Assembly: GCA_965227835.1 (NCBI GenBank)
Contig: OZ245768.1
Location: 1,020,001 to 1,052,000 of the forward strand
Reading direction: 5' to 3'
Origin: Candidatus Saccharimonadota bacterium
Lineage (GTDB): Bacteria; Patescibacteriota; Gracilibacteria; BD1-5; UBA6164
DNA: 32,000 bases
The notes beneath the pieces were generated by a model. That model worked only from the letters and a program-made list of their open reading frames with translations, was not told the origin of the DNA and did no database searches. Each line of letters begins with the position of its first letter. Positions within the stretch are counted from its first letter, which is position 1. The position numbers and the translations under genes are program-made. This document shows positions 30,762 to 32,000 of the stretch, piece by piece.

Positions 30762-31199
30762 TGGATGATGAATTCAATAAAAAAAGCAGAATCTCTAGCT
30801 TGAATAATTATAGGGGTTTTTATTTTGTCTTTTGTTTTATTGGGTATTTGAGCTCTTGTTTGAAGTTCTAGGGATATAATTGATAATTTTGATAAAAAAA
30901 TAGATTTAGATCTCTTAATTTATAGTTCTAATTCTGTAGTTGGTAGTATGGATCTTTCAAATTTATCTGATGGTGATGAGTTTTATTTACACAGAGACAC
31001 TGTTAATTGAAATTTTGATATCTATACATGATCAAATAATTCAAACTATCAGTATATAGATAGGCATTGATATAAAGTAGATGATATAAATAGTTTTGAA
31101 GGAGATATATATAGTAGGATTTTTAATGCTACAAAGGTTGAACATAATGGTGAAGAGAAAATGTCTATAAAAACTGTAATAGATAGAATATCAAAATAA
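30762..31199 (+). CDS. Hypothetical membrane-anchored protein (pseudopilin-like N-terminus)
   Basis: GTG at 30762 and TAA at 31197-31199, 145 aa. The ATG codons at 30766 and 30769 are out of frame and hit TAG at 30796. The N-terminus is MDDEFNKKAESLAGIIIGVFILSFVLLGIGALV. The start codon choice is uncertain. Confidence 0.5.
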
Positions 31200-31414
31200 A
31201 TTTTTTGACTAAAAAATTAGGAAAAAAGGGATTATTTTTTATTTAAATAACTCTTTTCAGAGTGCTCAGCAAAATTACTTCGTTCAAAATAAAGGTAAAG
31301 GTTTTTTAGATAATTTTTTGTTTAGTTATTCTAAGACAAAAAATCTCGGTGAAAATTGGTAAAAAACTACTTTTTAATATATGCTAATTTTGGAAATCTT
31401 CTTTCAATATATAA

Positions 31415-31984
31415 TTAAGAAATTTCTACTAAAACAATGTTTTGTTCAGATTTTTTCTTTTTTAGTAAACTAATAAGGTTTTTTATTTCAGTATAAATAA
31501 ATTCCACAGACATATCTTTATTTAGATACAATATTTCTTCTCTTTTGGATAATTTTTTATCTAACATAATGGAAGATATTTTCAATTTATCTTTATTTTT
31601 TCATATAAATTGTTTAATTAAATATATCCCTTTGGGGCTAAATACTTGGCTTTTCTCTGATATATTAATAGTTTCTTCTGGATATGTTGGAAACTTAGAT
31701 GATATAAATTCTGGAATTAATCATAAAGGGGTGTCTAATTCTTCCATAGCATATTTTACTTGGTAATAAACTTCTGAATTAGTATTTAAATTATCGTTTG
31801 AGTTTTGAGATAATTTATCTCAAAATTCATCCAGATCACTACCAATTAAGATCTTTTCATAAGCATATAAAACTTCTTGTTTAGTACAGTTTGATTTTTC
31901 AATAAAGCTGTTTAGCTCTTGAAGTCAAGAAAAGTAATCTGCATCTGATACTGGTATATCTGTAAATCTTTTTAGTGTTTTCAT
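31415..31984 (-). CDS. Hypothetical protein
   Basis: ATG at 31984 and TAA at 31415-31417, 189 aa with TGA = Gly: MKTLKRFTDIPVSDADYFSGLQELNSFIEKS.... I recognise no motif. Confidence 0.6.
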
Positions 31985-32000
31985 AATTTTTAATTAGCTA

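Noticed and set aside
1-32000. The fragmented ORF track could mean a heavily pseudogenised region, or code 4 (TGA = Trp)
   Set aside because: Every conserved gene becomes full length and in frame once TGA is read through. The TGA positions coincide with invariant Gly, not Trp. TGG is retained for conserved Trp.

Overview
This AT-rich bacterial window only makes sense under genetic code 25 (UGA = Gly, with TAA and TAG as the only stops). The supplied standard-code ORF track is fragmentary. Reading TGA as a sense codon gives a contiguous set of full-length conserved genes, with TGA falling on invariant glycines. This points to a Gracilibacteria (BD1-5) or Absconditabacteria (SR1) type CPR genome. 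Content from left to right: (1) a type IV pilin-like protein with a fibrinogen-like C-terminal domain, a membrane protein, engB, efp, a small membrane protein and rny; (2) an accessory islet with two paralogous TGA-free secreted-protein cassettes (duplicated promoter, 5'UTR and terminator) and a MITE-like element interrupted by an intact IS5-family IS; (3) secY and the minus-strand ribosomal cluster rplC-rplD-rplW-rplB-rpsS-rplV-rpsC-rplP-rpmC-rpsQ-rplN-rplX-rplE-rpsN-rpsH-rplF-rplR-rpsE-rplO, with no rpmD and no rpsJ; (4) two tandem paralogous structured RNA genes of about 275 nt, each with its own near-consensus promoter and GC-rich intrinsic terminator; (5) a VirB4-family ATPase split by a 1-nt frameshift, preceded by three tiny TM-peptide genes; (6) def; (7) a 1595-aa secreted repeat protein built from near-identical 267-bp repeats; (8) a cluster of pilin or pseudopilin-like genes. 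All coordinates come from hand translation with TGA = Gly. No database search was possible.
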